Positions 20,989-31,070 of a DNA stretch of 64,000 nucleotides are shown here, piece after piece (position 1 is the first letter of the stretch; every line of letters begins with the position of its first letter). The notes beneath the pieces are model-generated. The model did no database searches and had not been told where the DNA came from. It saw only the letters and a list, made by a program, of their open reading frames with translations. A program made the translations under genes and the position numbers. Source of the DNA: Candidatus Poribacteria bacterium (GTDB lineage Bacteria > Poribacteria > WGA-4E > PCPOR2b); NCBI GenBank assembly GCA_022826645.1, contig JAJDUM010000063.1:11657-75656 (forward strand), written 5' to 3'.

Positions 20989-21762
20989 TCAATGAGTCGG
21001 CGTAAATCGGCAGACCCTATCGAATGAGATCCGCAACCTCGGCAGTGCTTCATAAGGCCAAGGATTGAAAGACTGGGGAATATAGTGGCACGCGAAACTG
21101 TGTCGAAACGCCCCCTGCTCCAAAATGGGACCCCCGCGATGGATGAGCCTGCCGTGAAAAAATACCACGTCTCCTTTTGAGGCTTCGACAGCGACCTCTG
21201 GAAGCCCGTTACGCTCGAACAGGGCATCAAACGCGTCTTCGTGCTCCCAGCCATGCCAAGCCCCCGGGTTACCCTCCTCATCGGTCCTAAAATCTTTCTT
21301 GTCGATAAGCTGCCCTTTGTGAGAACCCACTTGGACATGGATACTTCCGTTCCATGCACCGACCTCCTGAAGCGCAATCCACGCCGACATACAGCCCGGA
21401 AGATGGTATGCATCCTGATGCCGACGCTGTTCCGAACCGACATAGAAATACATACTCTGCACCGCATCCGGCTCATCGCCGAGGAGGGTCTGCAACGGTT
21501 CGTACAGTCTCGTATCCAGCATCCATTCTAACCCCACAGGTTCATGCAGAGAACGGTTATGTGTCCGCCGCCAGTCGTCCGGCTCCCGTGGGGGATAACC
21601 TTCGACGGTTTTGCGCCCTGCGTGCAGGTCCATCATATATTCGATAAACCGGTCGCACTCCTCTGGACCGAACGCACCTTTGGCGATAGTATAACCGTCC
21701 CGCTCATACGCTTCTTTTTGTACCGATGTCAGTTGTATATCCATGAAAACCTCACTGAGCAA
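20989..21762 (-). CDS. phytanoyl-CoA dioxygenase (PhyH) family Fe(II)/2OG oxygenase
   Basis: 257 aa; N-terminal LTxxQxxxYxxDGY motif, HQD ... H iron-binding arrangement. Confidence 0.8.
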   Translation of the reverse strand: MLSEVFMDIQLTSVQKEAYERDGYTIAKGAFGPEECDRFIEYMMDLHAGRKTVEGYPPREPDDWRRTHNRSLHEPVGLEWMLDTRLYEPLQTLLGDEPDAVQSMYFYVGSEQRRHQDAYHLPGCMSAWIALQEVGAWNGSIHVQVGSHKGQLIDKKDFRTDEEGNPGAWHGWEHEDAFDALFERNGLPEVAVEASKGDVVFFHGRLIHRGGPILEQGAFRHSFACHYIPQSFNPWPYEALPRLRISFDRVCRFTPTH

Positions 21763-21780
21763 TCTTGTAAGAGGGATCTT

Positions 21781-22641
21781 CTATACACCCTCTAAAACAG
21801 CCTCAAGTTCTGCGACACTGGCGACAGCTACCAAAGCAGTGCTCACCCCTTGGTTCTCAAGCACCCACGACAACGCCTTCCCGGTCGGTGAAATTTCTTC
21901 CCGCGATGCAGCCAATTCACTCCAAGGACCAGCGGTAAAAGAATAGACAAGCGACAATTCGTTTCGCATACTTTCGCCGAGCGGTGAGAGCTGCACCAGA
22001 GTTTCCTCCGTCGCTTGGGTCCAGTCCGTTCCGGTTTTATGTCCCCAACTCAAATACTGGCCGCCGAGTGCCTTCATTACCAAGACACCCTTTCCAGCTT
22101 TGGACGACGCCCGAATACCCGATGCCTGACCACGACAGACATAATTGTAGATAACCAAGTCTGCGTCTGCCCCTTTTTCTGGTCCCCGTGTTACATAGGC
22201 GTCTTGGTCCTCCTCGAAATGGCGGATCGTACAGAGTGATCGTACCTTCCCCATCTGTTTGAGATCGGTGATCCTTTTTCTCAACTCGGGGTCCTTCATA
22301 TAGGCGTAATAGTGTACACGGAGGATATCGATCGCATCTCTTTGCAGATTCGTGAGATGCTGGTCAACTATGCCTTCTAAGTCTGCTGCTGCGGGCGCGC
22401 CGACTTTCAGGGAGAAGTAACGCTCGGCCGTATTTCCCTTCAATTCCTCCGGGATATGAACTTCATCCCCGTAGCCCATGTCAAATAGGTTTATCCCGGC
22501 TTCGGCTGCCCGCAGGTATATTCTCCGCTTCTCTTCGGGCGGTGGGTGACCAGACTCTCCTTCCCAATAGTGCGCGAGGAGACCCCCCGTCCCTATAACA
22601 CTCAACCGCAGCCCTGTTCTTCCAAATTCACGATATTCCAT
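21781..22641 (-). CDS. aldo/keto reductase
   Basis: Start at MEYREFGRTGLRLSVIGTG (classic AKR N-terminus; ATG 22641, AAAGG SD); alternative GTG start at 22662. Confidence 0.8.
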   Translation of the reverse strand: MEYREFGRTGLRLSVIGTGGLLAHYWEGESGHPPPEEKRRIYLRAAEAGINLFDMGYGDEVHIPEELKGNTAERYFSLKVGAPAAADLEGIVDQHLTNLQRDAIDILRVHYYAYMKDPELRKRITDLKQMGKVRSLCTIRHFEEDQDAYVTRGPEKGADADLVIYNYVCRGQASGIRASSKAGKGVLVMKALGGQYLSWGHKTGTDWTQATEETLVQLSPLGESMRNELSLVYSFTAGPWSELAASREEISPTGKALSWVLENQGVSTALVAVASVAELEAVLEGV

Positions 22642-22761
22642 AATATACCTTTCTGATAACACTCATGTAAGAAATTGTAAAGGCGAGGTAACCTGCCCGT
22701 GCCTTCTATAAGTACCTAAGTTGCTAGGGCGTGTTGACATTTGCGTAAAACTGCTCGTAAT

Positions 22762-22785
22762 CGTAGGGGCGAGGTTGCCTCGCCC
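22762..22785 (+). repeat. REP-like element (CGTAG + GGGCGAGG-TTG-CCTCGCCC hairpin); degenerate second copy at 22679-22708
   Basis: Perfect 8-bp stem; related sequence AAGGCGAGGTAACCTGCCCGTGCCTTCT 85 bp away in same orientation. Confidence 0.55.
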
Positions 22786-22799
22786 GTGCTTTCTGTGGA

Positions 22800-23615
22800 C
22801 TATCCGTCATCGTCGGTCGGTGTGCTTCGGAAGTTTAATGTGAACATCCGTCTGCCCACGCGTCCTCCGAACGATGCATGCCAAAGCTGATGACTGAAGA
22901 ATACGACATCACCCGGCTCAGATTCGATGGGGAAACTTGGAATATCGCACGGCGCTACTCCAAAGTGATTCGTATTGGGGTCCGACAGGAATCGTTCCGC
23001 ACCTTCCTTATCACCGGTCGCCTGTTCCCACATCTCAAGGAGTTTTGGACGCACATTCTCGAACCTGTAGGTGTCATCTTCGGATACTGCGGCAGGGACA
23101 TTCAGATGGAGCGACCACAGCTGATCGTGGTACGGGTTCCGATGTGCGCCCGGTATAACACGCAGGCATCCGCTATCCTTGCCGACCGAATCTAAATAGA
23201 ATGCAACCTTAATACTCGGATGATAGTGATACCGCCACGCTCCGATATTTTTGTTAGGGTCGCTTTGACCCTCCGGGATATGTGGATCCCACCCCATGTC
23301 CGGATGCCAGACAGTATCTCCCACATAAAAGTTCCCGTCGTTCCCCTGCTTAAATGTATAGCCGGGTCCCAGTAATTGCTCAATTGGCTCCCAGATGCGT
23401 TCGCTATCAATCAGCAATTCAGCACAAGGTCGTCCAAGATACCAGTCGTTTACTTGTTGGCGTGTCTTACCATCGAACGGTTCACCATCTCGGTCTTCAA
23501 GCATTGCCGCTTCAAAGTCTCGGATCACGATAGCCATTTCGTCCGGCGAAAACAGTTGCCGAAGCACGAGAAATCCGAACACATCAAAATGCTGCTGCTG
23601 TTGTTTGGTAAGCAT
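22800..23615 (-). CDS. phytanoyl-CoA dioxygenase (PhyH) family oxygenase
   Basis: 271 aa; LTKQQQQHFDVFGFLVL N-terminus; WHPD ... WHASFGG His motifs. Confidence 0.8.
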   Translation of the reverse strand: MLTKQQQQHFDVFGFLVLRQLFSPDEMAIVIRDFEAAMLEDRDGEPFDGKTRQQVNDWYLGRPCAELLIDSERIWEPIEQLLGPGYTFKQGNDGNFYVGDTVWHPDMGWDPHIPEGQSDPNKNIGAWRYHYHPSIKVAFYLDSVGKDSGCLRVIPGAHRNPYHDQLWSLHLNVPAAVSEDDTYRFENVRPKLLEMWEQATGDKEGAERFLSDPNTNHFGVAPCDIPSFPIESEPGDVVFFSHQLWHASFGGRVGRRMFTLNFRSTPTDDDG

Positions 23616-23683
23616 CTTTCCCTCCGCGTCTGTCTATCCACAAGTGATTGACATCATGTCATGGTCAATTCAGATCGCTTCTA

Positions 23684-24676
23684 TTACAAAGAAATCATCG
23701 TTTTTTTATGATGAGAATCGAGTATGGCGTGCGAGACCTTGAGGGCTGCCAAGCCGTCAGCACCCGTAATTGTCGGAGGCAGATCGTTCGCAACACAATC
23801 AAGGAAATGCCGATTTTCCAGCTCGTAGGAATCTGAAGTGGCATAGGAATCGTTGATCACTTCGATATGTTCGTTTGTCATCTCACAGGTCTTCCAGCGG
23901 AAATGTCTTCCATCCCAGAGTCCCGGACCGTCCACAACCGCTGTGCCGAGAGTTCCAATCACTCCACGAGTGTTCATACCGAGGTGAGAAGACCAGCTGG
24001 CATGAATTACGGCTGTCCCTCCATTGGAGAGGGTCAGAACTACATGTGCATTGTCATCAAAGCCCCTTAGATCCGGGTTGGAGGCAACAATATTTGCGCG
24101 GACATCGACAATCTCTCCCGCTATCCAGCGAATAAGATCAATATCGTGCGAAAGGGATTCAATACTCATGCCGCACATCAGTTGCGGATCGGTCCGCCAG
24201 TTGTACCCTTGAGAGATTCCCTGTCCAATCCGTTGGCTCCACATATTGACGATTTTGCCCAATGTACCGGAGTTAGCCATTTCCCTGAGACGATTAAACC
24301 CTTTTCTAAACCGATTGTTAAAGGCAATCATCAGTTTTACATCTGCCTGTTTAGCTGCTCGTACCATGGCTTCAGCATCGTCCAAGGAGATGGAGATCGG
24401 CTTTTCACAAACGACATGCTTTCCAGCGTTAATCGCTGTCAGTGCCAATTCCCGATGGGTAGAAGGCGGCGTGAGGATGTACACCACATCGGCCCTATCC
24501 ACACAATCCTCTAAGTGCTTATAAGTCGACGCTCCAGCCGCACTGGCAAGGGTTTCAGCCCGCTCCTCATTCGGGTCAACAACCCCAACGATATTTGCAC
24601 CGGGGATACGCATCAGTGCACCACTATGTGTTCTGGAAATCCCTCCGGCACCGACCATTACAATGTCTACCATCAT
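23684..24676 (-). CDS. Gfo/Idh/MocA family oxidoreductase
   Basis: 330 aa; N-terminal Rossmann VDIVMVGAGGISRTH, EKP motif (VVCEKPIS), C-terminal alpha/beta domain. Confidence 0.85.
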   Translation of the reverse strand: MMVDIVMVGAGGISRTHSGALMRIPGANIVGVVDPNEERAETLASAAGASTYKHLEDCVDRADVVYILTPPSTHRELALTAINAGKHVVCEKPISISLDDAEAMVRAAKQADVKLMIAFNNRFRKGFNRLREMANSGTLGKIVNMWSQRIGQGISQGYNWRTDPQLMCGMSIESLSHDIDLIRWIAGEIVDVRANIVASNPDLRGFDDNAHVVLTLSNGGTAVIHASWSSHLGMNTRGVIGTLGTAVVDGPGLWDGRHFRWKTCEMTNEHIEVINDSYATSDSYELENRHFLDCVANDLPPTITGADGLAALKVSHAILDSHHKKTMISL

Positions 24677-24959
24677 TGGATCCTCTTTTGACTTGGGCGT
24701 GACTGAATTTATGCAAATTCAGGGAGTAATTCGGACTCTGGAGAGACAAACTATGCAAGGTCCAGCGCCCGTTATACTGCGTGACTTTTCCGCTTGACAG
24801 TGTGCCCACAAGGTGCTAAACTGCAATGAGATACTATCATTATCAGTCGGACAAATCAAGGACATAATCTCCTTGAATGATCTAAACTCTAAAGTTAATA
24901 TTACGCCAACCGGATTTGCTTAGAAAATCCGATCGTAGTTTTTGGAAGAGAGATCGGTT

Positions 24960-26189
24960 ATGAAGAAAACCACGGCATCTCCTGATTCTGCCCCCACACT
25001 GCCACAGAACCCACTCCTCGCCCCCGATGCGTCAAATCCGACGCTCACCCGTCTCCTGCTGCGCTCAACCGACGAACTTGCAGACGCCACCCGTCCCAGC
25101 TTACTCGCCAATCAACACTCACCTGTGCACTGGTCTCCCAGTGATTGGGACGGGTTAGAGTCCAATCGTGAACCTCTATTCGACATGTCAGCGGTTACCG
25201 CGCAATTCGACCATGCAAGTTTTTTGAGGGATGGATATGCGGTGCTGAGAGAAGTTATGACACCCAAAACGGTCGAAGCGTGGACAGCGGCGCTGAAATA
25301 TGGTCAGGAACTCAACGACAGATTGCTCAAGTCAGACTGGTCAGAAATCGACTGGGAGGTCCTCGGTCGAACGCCACCAACAAAATCTCTCACCGTTGAG
25401 GAGATTAATAACGCGCTCGGAGGGAGCCAGAAGGCACCGCAGTCAGACGATGAGGCAGGTGTGAAAACATTGCGGCAGCACAGTGTTTTTGCCGAGTATT
25501 TTCCGGCAGGTCATGTTCCGTACTTAATGAACGTCCTCACACATCCGCAGATGCTCCAATTGCAGCGGATGAGCCTTGGCAGCGATGACATCTATTTCGA
25601 TCACAACCAGTTATTAACCAGGCCCCCAGGCTATCCCGGTGGTGCGTGGCATAGTCATAAAATCGGTGCTGGGGCGGATAACTGCGGCGTAGCCAGCTTG
25701 TCGGAATACCAGGCACAGCCGAATTTCAACCTCACGCTCTGTTACCCTCAAGGCTTTGAAGCCGAGGACGATGGAGGGTTGAAGATCATTCGGGGTAGCC
25801 ATCTCTTTCGAGATCCGGGAGGGTGTTGGGCTGATACCGACGATGGGATACAGCAGCAGTGGTTGGCTGGACGGGTGCATCCCGTGACCTCCGAGCCGCT
25901 TCAGATTGAACATCTCTCAATTCCGCCGGGAACGGTTGTCTGCTGCCTGTCGCACGCCGCCCATGCGGTGTCGCCCAAAGCCTTGGACAAGGATACCCGT
26001 TGGTGTTCGCTTTTCTGCTACAAGAAGCCGAGCGATGTAACCGGTTACGCCCAGCCATCGCATTCGATTCCGCCAATATGGGCGATGAAGGCACATCGAG
26101 GCGAGCTGCCATCCCTTCTCACCGAGCTATTTCGACCGAGCTACGACAAGGAGTTGACGGGCGGACGGACCGTGGATTCAGAGCTTTGA
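24960..26189 (+). CDS. PhyH-like dioxygenase, long form (paralog of 26194-27318)
   Basis: 409 aa from ATG 24960; FLRDGYAVLREVMTP...EYFPAGH...HLSIPPGTVVCCLSHAAH; paralogous to convergent neighbour. Confidence 0.7.
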   Translation: MKKTTASPDSAPTLPQNPLLAPDASNPTLTRLLLRSTDELADATRPSLLANQHSPVHWSPSDWDGLESNREPLFDMSAVTAQFDHASFLRDGYAVLREVMTPKTVEAWTAALKYGQELNDRLLKSDWSEIDWEVLGRTPPTKSLTVEEINNALGGSQKAPQSDDEAGVKTLRQHSVFAEYFPAGHVPYLMNVLTHPQMLQLQRMSLGSDDIYFDHNQLLTRPPGYPGGAWHSHKIGAGADNCGVASLSEYQAQPNFNLTLCYPQGFEAEDDGGLKIIRGSHLFRDPGGCWADTDDGIQQQWLAGRVHPVTSEPLQIEHLSIPPGTVVCCLSHAAHAVSPKALDKDTRWCSLFCYKKPSDVTGYAQPSHSIPPIWAMKAHRGELPSLLTELFRPSYDKELTGGRTVDSEL

Positions 26190-26193
26190 TAGG

Positions 26194-27318
26194 TTAGTTA
26201 AGAGGGTTGTCCGCTTCAAACACACGGCGCTCCGCATCGGAAAGTTTTCCTGCCTCCGCAGTACGCTCTACCCAATGCCTCGGCATGCCACCTGTCCACT
26301 TGGCTGGATCGGCATCGGGGTCTGGGGTCCTATACGCCATTAACAATCCCCACCGAGTCGGTGCCCCCGGTGGACGGCGTTGAACGTGATGCGGCATATG
26401 GTGAACAAATGAAACCATGCTTCCGGGCGGTATTGATAGATGTACAATCTCCAACGGCTTGCCTGTGATCGCGTGGATCTTTCCCTTCAGCCAGTTTGTT
26501 TGCATGTCGGCGTCTTCATCGAGTCGCTCTGTGTTCCACTTAAACGGGATGCGGTAAAGATGGGATCCCGGGATAATGCCAAGTTCCGCTCCATCTCCGC
26601 TCTCTGCCCCTTCTGGGTAGCATAGCGTCCGGATACATTGCTGCTGTAGAAACTCAGAGGTTAACGCCTTACCGGTGCCGATAGGATCTTCAACCTCATA
26701 CTGTCCCTCGCGATACTGGTGAGCGTGCCAACGTCTTCCTCGCGAGTTCGCCGCCCGGTTGAGCATTAAACAGTGATCAAGCACGAAACGGTCACCGAAA
26801 AGTTTTATAAAGAGATTCATCATCTGCGGATGGGCGGTGGTGACATCCATAATAAAATCATCGTATCCTGCTGGGAAATATTCCGGCATCACACCCAGCG
26901 ACTCGTATCCGCGTGTGACCAATGCAGGTCCGGGATCGAGGAGTCCGTGCTCGTGCATGTATGCACGCACCTCTGATCTGAGGAAACCGGGCATCTGTTC
27001 TGATCCACCACAACAACTCTCCAAGAACTCCGGGGTGATTTGCTCCGGCGGAGGCGGCGGCAATCCACGACTCTCAAAATCGATGGAAGCCCAGTCTGTG
27101 TCCGTGAGGATACAGTCGTTCATGTGCTGTAGTTTCTGTAGGCTGGCGGTGAACTGCTTTTGACCTTCCTCGGTCAGTATGCCCTCCCACACCCAAAATC
27201 CTTCCTGCTCGAAGGTGGTGCGGTCAAAGGCGTCCAACACCTCCGGACGCAGCAGATTATCCACGCGAGCTGCTCGTGCAGGATCATCGGTTTGTTTCTG
27301 GTCCTTTGAGTTCTTCAT
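26194..27318 (-). CDS. PhyH-like dioxygenase, long form (paralog of 24960-26189)
   Basis: 374 aa; FEQEGFWVWEGILTEEG...EYFPAGY...VHLSIPPGSMVSFVHHMPHH. Confidence 0.7.
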   Translation of the reverse strand: MKNSKDQKQTDDPARAARVDNLLRPEVLDAFDRTTFEQEGFWVWEGILTEEGQKQFTASLQKLQHMNDCILTDTDWASIDFESRGLPPPPPEQITPEFLESCCGGSEQMPGFLRSEVRAYMHEHGLLDPGPALVTRGYESLGVMPEYFPAGYDDFIMDVTTAHPQMMNLFIKLFGDRFVLDHCLMLNRAANSRGRRWHAHQYREGQYEVEDPIGTGKALTSEFLQQQCIRTLCYPEGAESGDGAELGIIPGSHLYRIPFKWNTERLDEDADMQTNWLKGKIHAITGKPLEIVHLSIPPGSMVSFVHHMPHHVQRRPPGAPTRWGLLMAYRTPDPDADPAKWTGGMPRHWVERTAEAGKLSDAERRVFEADNPLN

Positions 27319-27467
27319 TGTCGCTTTTCCCTCAATTTTGTATACTTAACAGGCAACAAATGGATAGTTTCGCAGAAGACATTTTCATCGTAACACAGCC
27401 ACAGGCAACCTGTCAACGGATTTAACGCTACGTCCGGCGCGTTGATATTGACCGAGAGGAAAACCAA

Positions 27468-28997
27468 ATGGAAATGCATCCAGGAAAACAGGCATTTATA
27501 GACGATTTCTTCATTGAATCAATGGTCGGAGTGCATCGTGTGCTCAATTGCCCGGAAAAAATTACCATTGACGAACCGCTTCACGTAGTTAATCCAGACC
27601 GACCGTGGGAGAGTGAACCCGTTCGCGGCCCAATCATCTACGACGAGAAAAATAACACCTTTCGAATGTACTATCCGGGTGTAGACTCCACGGTGTGCGT
27701 TGTGGAGTCTAGCGATGGGATTCATTGGGAACGGCCTAATTTGGGGGTCGTCGAGTTTGAAGGTTCCAAAGACAATAACATTATCATTTGGCCCAGCGAC
27801 TGCCCATCACTTGGACACATCCTGTGCGACCCGCATGAAACGGACGAAACCTATCGCTGGAAGCGGATAACCACTATGCCCCATGACGGCGTCTGGCAAG
27901 CACTCTACTCTGCCGATGGATACAACTGGTGCCACTACCCCTCCGGTCCTCACAATCATCAGAAACAACTCTTCGCCTTCGGTTCTCCCGCAGAAACCTT
28001 CGGCGGTATCATCAATCCCGACGCGCCCTACATACTCTATGGCCAACGTGGCTCAAGCCGTCGAACCCGCGTTCTCGGACGGCGCGATAGTCAAGACTGC
28101 CTCAATTGGTCCGGCCTGCGCACAGTCATTGATCAAGACCTCAATGACCCACCGGGGAGTGAGTTTTACGCCGCGGGCCATGATATGGCAAACCGGACAG
28201 ATGGCGGATTACATATCATCATGCTTAATGTCTTTTTTACTGATCTGACCGAACCATACGCCATCGAGCAACCGGATCTCTACTGGGGAAATGTCGGGGG
28301 ATCGCCGGCATTGGCAGCGCGGGTGGACGGAGTGGTTGAGCCGCAACTAGCGGTAAGCCGTGATACGGTCTCATGGAACAGATACCGCGAGCCATTTATT
28401 CCGCGTGGCAAACCCGGCGCATGGGATTGGGGGTCCATGTATGTCTCTGGTCCCATTCATCACAATGGGATGCTTTGGTTCTACTACAACGGGGTCGGTT
28501 TAACTCACAACAACCGCACACCACAATTGCACCATGCGCTTAACCCAAAAGAACGTCAGACAGGAATCGGGGTTGCCCAACTCCGCCCCGATGGTTATGT
28601 CAGCGTGGAAGCGGATTCATATGCGCCGGGGGTTCTGACCACGCATCGGTTCCGTCAGGAGTCAGGAGGAAGGGTGACGGTTAACGTGGACGCTACGGCA
28701 GGCGAGCTACGATATGAGGTGTTAGAAGACACCGGCGCGCCCATTCCCGGCTTCACCGTCGCCGATTGCGATCCTATCCGCGGCGATACCCGTGAAGGCG
28801 TGTTATCGTGGAATGGGGTTTCCAGCTGGCCCGGTGTGAACGAGGAACGTCAAGCGAGTTACCCCAATCTGCCCAAAAGAGAGTTCTACATCAAGTTGCG
28901 ATTTTATATCTCTCCGGGAGCCAAATTCTACTCCTTGACCCTAGATCCGCCGGAGGTTACGATGTGGCTGGTTCCCTCACAGTCGGTCCCGGAATAG
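27468..28997 (+). CDS. hypothetical protein, glycoside-hydrolase-like beta-propeller/beta-sandwich fold (family not assignable)
   Basis: 509 aa; no signal peptide; Trp/Gly-rich repeats consistent with 5-bladed propeller GH (GH43/GH32/GH130-like); assignment by gestalt only. Confidence 0.35.
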   Translation: MEMHPGKQAFIDDFFIESMVGVHRVLNCPEKITIDEPLHVVNPDRPWESEPVRGPIIYDEKNNTFRMYYPGVDSTVCVVESSDGIHWERPNLGVVEFEGSKDNNIIIWPSDCPSLGHILCDPHETDETYRWKRITTMPHDGVWQALYSADGYNWCHYPSGPHNHQKQLFAFGSPAETFGGIINPDAPYILYGQRGSSRRTRVLGRRDSQDCLNWSGLRTVIDQDLNDPPGSEFYAAGHDMANRTDGGLHIIMLNVFFTDLTEPYAIEQPDLYWGNVGGSPALAARVDGVVEPQLAVSRDTVSWNRYREPFIPRGKPGAWDWGSMYVSGPIHHNGMLWFYYNGVGLTHNNRTPQLHHALNPKERQTGIGVAQLRPDGYVSVEADSYAPGVLTTHRFRQESGGRVTVNVDATAGELRYEVLEDTGAPIPGFTVADCDPIRGDTREGVLSWNGVSSWPGVNEERQASYPNLPKREFYIKLRFYISPGAKFYSLTLDPPEVTMWLVPSQSVPE

Positions 28998-29232
28998 ATC
29001 TGTCCACAACGTTGAGGGGTTCGAGAGGCTACTGCGAGCCGTATAAAATTCGATTGGCATTAGGTTAGTCAAAATGGTAGAATGTGAGCTATTCGGGTAG
29101 GAGAGTGGCGCGTGGGAGACCCTACCGGTATCTACAATAATGGGGTTAGTCAGTCCTTGCGCTACATCTGTTTGTCCGAATGGATTCGTATAGATTATAG
29201 TAAATTACTACAGGACAGGAGTTTATAACATT

Positions 29233-30261
29233 ATGCAAACTGACAAGAAACGCTGCGTCGTATTCGTATCACTCACCGGCGACGAGCAGATAAAATGCTA
29301 CGACATGGATCCTGATTCGGGTGCGCTACAGCTTCGATCGACCAGTAACGCCCACGGTCCCTCGGGCGCGCTCTGTCTCCACCCATCTGGAGAGATAATG
29401 TATGATGGTCATGTGGGATCAACCACATTAGCCAGTTTTCGCCTTGACACCAGTTCGGGCGAACTCACCCTTATCAACAAGGTAGACACAGGCGTCGATA
29501 TTCCTGCACACCTTACCACAGACAGGAACGGTCGCTTCCTGCTCACCGCGTACTACGGCGGTGGTGGCGTAACCGTGCATCGGCTGGGCGACGACGGTGC
29601 AATCGGGGATCTGGTGCAATATGTGGATACCGGTGAGAAGGCGCACGCAATCCTCGCTATGACCGAAGATCGGTTCGTCTTCGTGCCCCATGTCTGCCCA
29701 AATAACAGGACCTTTCAATTCCGATTCGATAGCGAGTCGGGGCAACTCACGCCCAATGATCCCGCCGAACTCGCACCACCCGACGACGAAACGGGTCCTC
29801 GCCACATCTGTTTTCGACCCGAAGGGGATGTTGCCTATATCGTCAATGAACAGGGTAACACAGTAACCGCCCACCGCTACCACCCCGAAAAGGGGACACT
29901 TGAGATCTTCCAAAACATCTCAACCTTGCCACCGGACTACACCGAAGGTGGGGCGACCGCCCACGTGGAAGTGCACCCGAATGGAAAGTGGGCGTATGCG
30001 TCCAATCGAGGTCACGACAGCATTGTCGGGTTTAACGTTGCTGTCGATGGATCGCTTAGTACATTCGGACATTTTCCTATCTCAGAAAGTCCACGGTCAT
30101 TCAATATCGACCCGACAGGCACCTATCTGTACGGTGCCGGTGAAGCGGCAGACACCATGACCTGCTATCGTGTAGACGGTGCTACCGGCGAACTGCAGCC
30201 GCTCCAAGACTACGCCGTTGGGAGTCAACCGTTTTGGGTTATGGTCACCCCGTTGGATTAG
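29233..30261 (+). CDS. lactonase, 7-bladed beta-propeller (6-phosphogluconolactonase/carboxy-cis,cis-muconate cyclase-like)
   Basis: 342 aa; repeated blade motifs (HPSGE, HLTTDRNGRFLLTAYYGGGGV, FRPEGDVAYIVNEQGNTV, HPNGKWAYASNRGHDSI, DPTGTYLYGAGEAADTM). Confidence 0.7.
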   Translation: MQTDKKRCVVFVSLTGDEQIKCYDMDPDSGALQLRSTSNAHGPSGALCLHPSGEIMYDGHVGSTTLASFRLDTSSGELTLINKVDTGVDIPAHLTTDRNGRFLLTAYYGGGGVTVHRLGDDGAIGDLVQYVDTGEKAHAILAMTEDRFVFVPHVCPNNRTFQFRFDSESGQLTPNDPAELAPPDDETGPRHICFRPEGDVAYIVNEQGNTVTAHRYHPEKGTLEIFQNISTLPPDYTEGGATAHVEVHPNGKWAYASNRGHDSIVGFNVAVDGSLSTFGHFPISESPRSFNIDPTGTYLYGAGEAADTMTCYRVDGATGELQPLQDYAVGSQPFWVMVTPLD

Positions 30262-30352
30262 GTCCGATTGAATTTGTTGTATTAATTATCGGTTGTGCCG
30301 AAACCAGATTTCAATTGACGGTGTCGCATCTTTACGCCGCCGAATAACTAAC

Positions 30353-30470
30353 ATCGCTCATGTTAAGAATTAGTGCAACAGCACCGACTTGCCTCAACAA
30401 CCGTAGGCGGGGCATCTTGCCCCGCTCTTAACGCTTTCACCGTAACTGCACTCTGTTTTTACATGAGCCA
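30353..30470 (+). repeat. 118-bp intergenic repeat element copy A (8-bp terminal inverted repeats GCTCATGT/ACATGAGC; internal REP-like hairpin)
   Basis: ~95% identical to 42659-42776 (6 mismatches); contains CCGTAG-GCGGGGC-ATCTT-GCCCCGC hairpin. Confidence 0.85.
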
Positions 30471-30497
30471 CTAACATATTATACAAGGAGAATAACA

Positions 30498-30815
30498 ATG
30501 GTTTATGAACTTCGTACCTATAGAATTCCAGAAGGCAAAATGCCGAACATTCTCAGTCGATTCGAGAATATCACCTTTGGTCTTTTTGAAAGACATGGCA
30601 TAGAATGTGTCGGATTCTGGACGCGATCTGATGCCAACGAATTGGTGTATATCTGTAGATATGAAAGTGAAGCAGCGATGGAAGCGGCATGGGAGGCTTT
30701 CCGTGCAGATCCCGAATGGCTTAAGGCTCGTGAAGTAACCGAGGCAGATGGACCAATTGTCGAGGAAGTCTTCTCGAATACCCTCATTCCGACCTCCTTC
30801 TCACCGATCCAGTGA
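30498..30815 (+). CDS. NIPSNAP family protein
   Basis: 105 aa; MVYELRTYRIPEGK N-terminus typical of NIPSNAP/dimeric alpha-beta barrel; AAGGAG SD. Confidence 0.8.
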   Translation: MVYELRTYRIPEGKMPNILSRFENITFGLFERHGIECVGFWTRSDANELVYICRYESEAAMEAAWEAFRADPEWLKAREVTEADGPIVEEVFSNTLIPTSFSPIQ

Positions 30816-30962
30816 AGGTTAGGCCTATCGAAGATTAGTTACAACAAAGTATCGTAGGTTGGGTTGAACGGCTGCAAGTGTCTTGCTATCAAGGGCAATA
30901 AAGGTTCTACTTTTTGACACTATGTTCTTAATAGATGACGAGGTAAAACCCAACACCGCACC

Positions 30963-30986
30963 CGTAGTTCGGGCATCTTGCCCGAA
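30963..30986 (+). repeat. REP-like element (CGTAG + 7-bp stem, ATCTT loop)
   Basis: cgtag-TTCGGGC-atctt-GCCCGAA; same head and loop as hairpin inside 118-bp element but compensatory stem sequence. Confidence 0.6.
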
Positions 30987-31010
30987 CTCAGCGATCCAAC
31001 GAAGTTAATT

Positions 31011-31045
31011 CGTAGGGAACGCAGATCTGCGTTCCGTTTCTTCTT
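31011..31045 (+). terminator. REP-like hairpin with U-tract, likely intrinsic terminator downstream of NIPSNAP gene
   Basis: cgtag-GGAACGC-agatct-GCGTTCC followed by GTTTCTTCTT. Confidence 0.5.
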
Positions 31046-31070
31046 ACTTGGGTCAACGTAGAATACTGCT

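Noticed and set aside
30456-30497. Promoter for NIPSNAP gene formed by the 3' end of the 118-bp element (TTTACA-N16-TATACA)
   Set aside because: The implied transcription start would fall at or after the AAGGAG ribosome-binding site, and the equivalent position in the second copy lacks a -10. Not supported.
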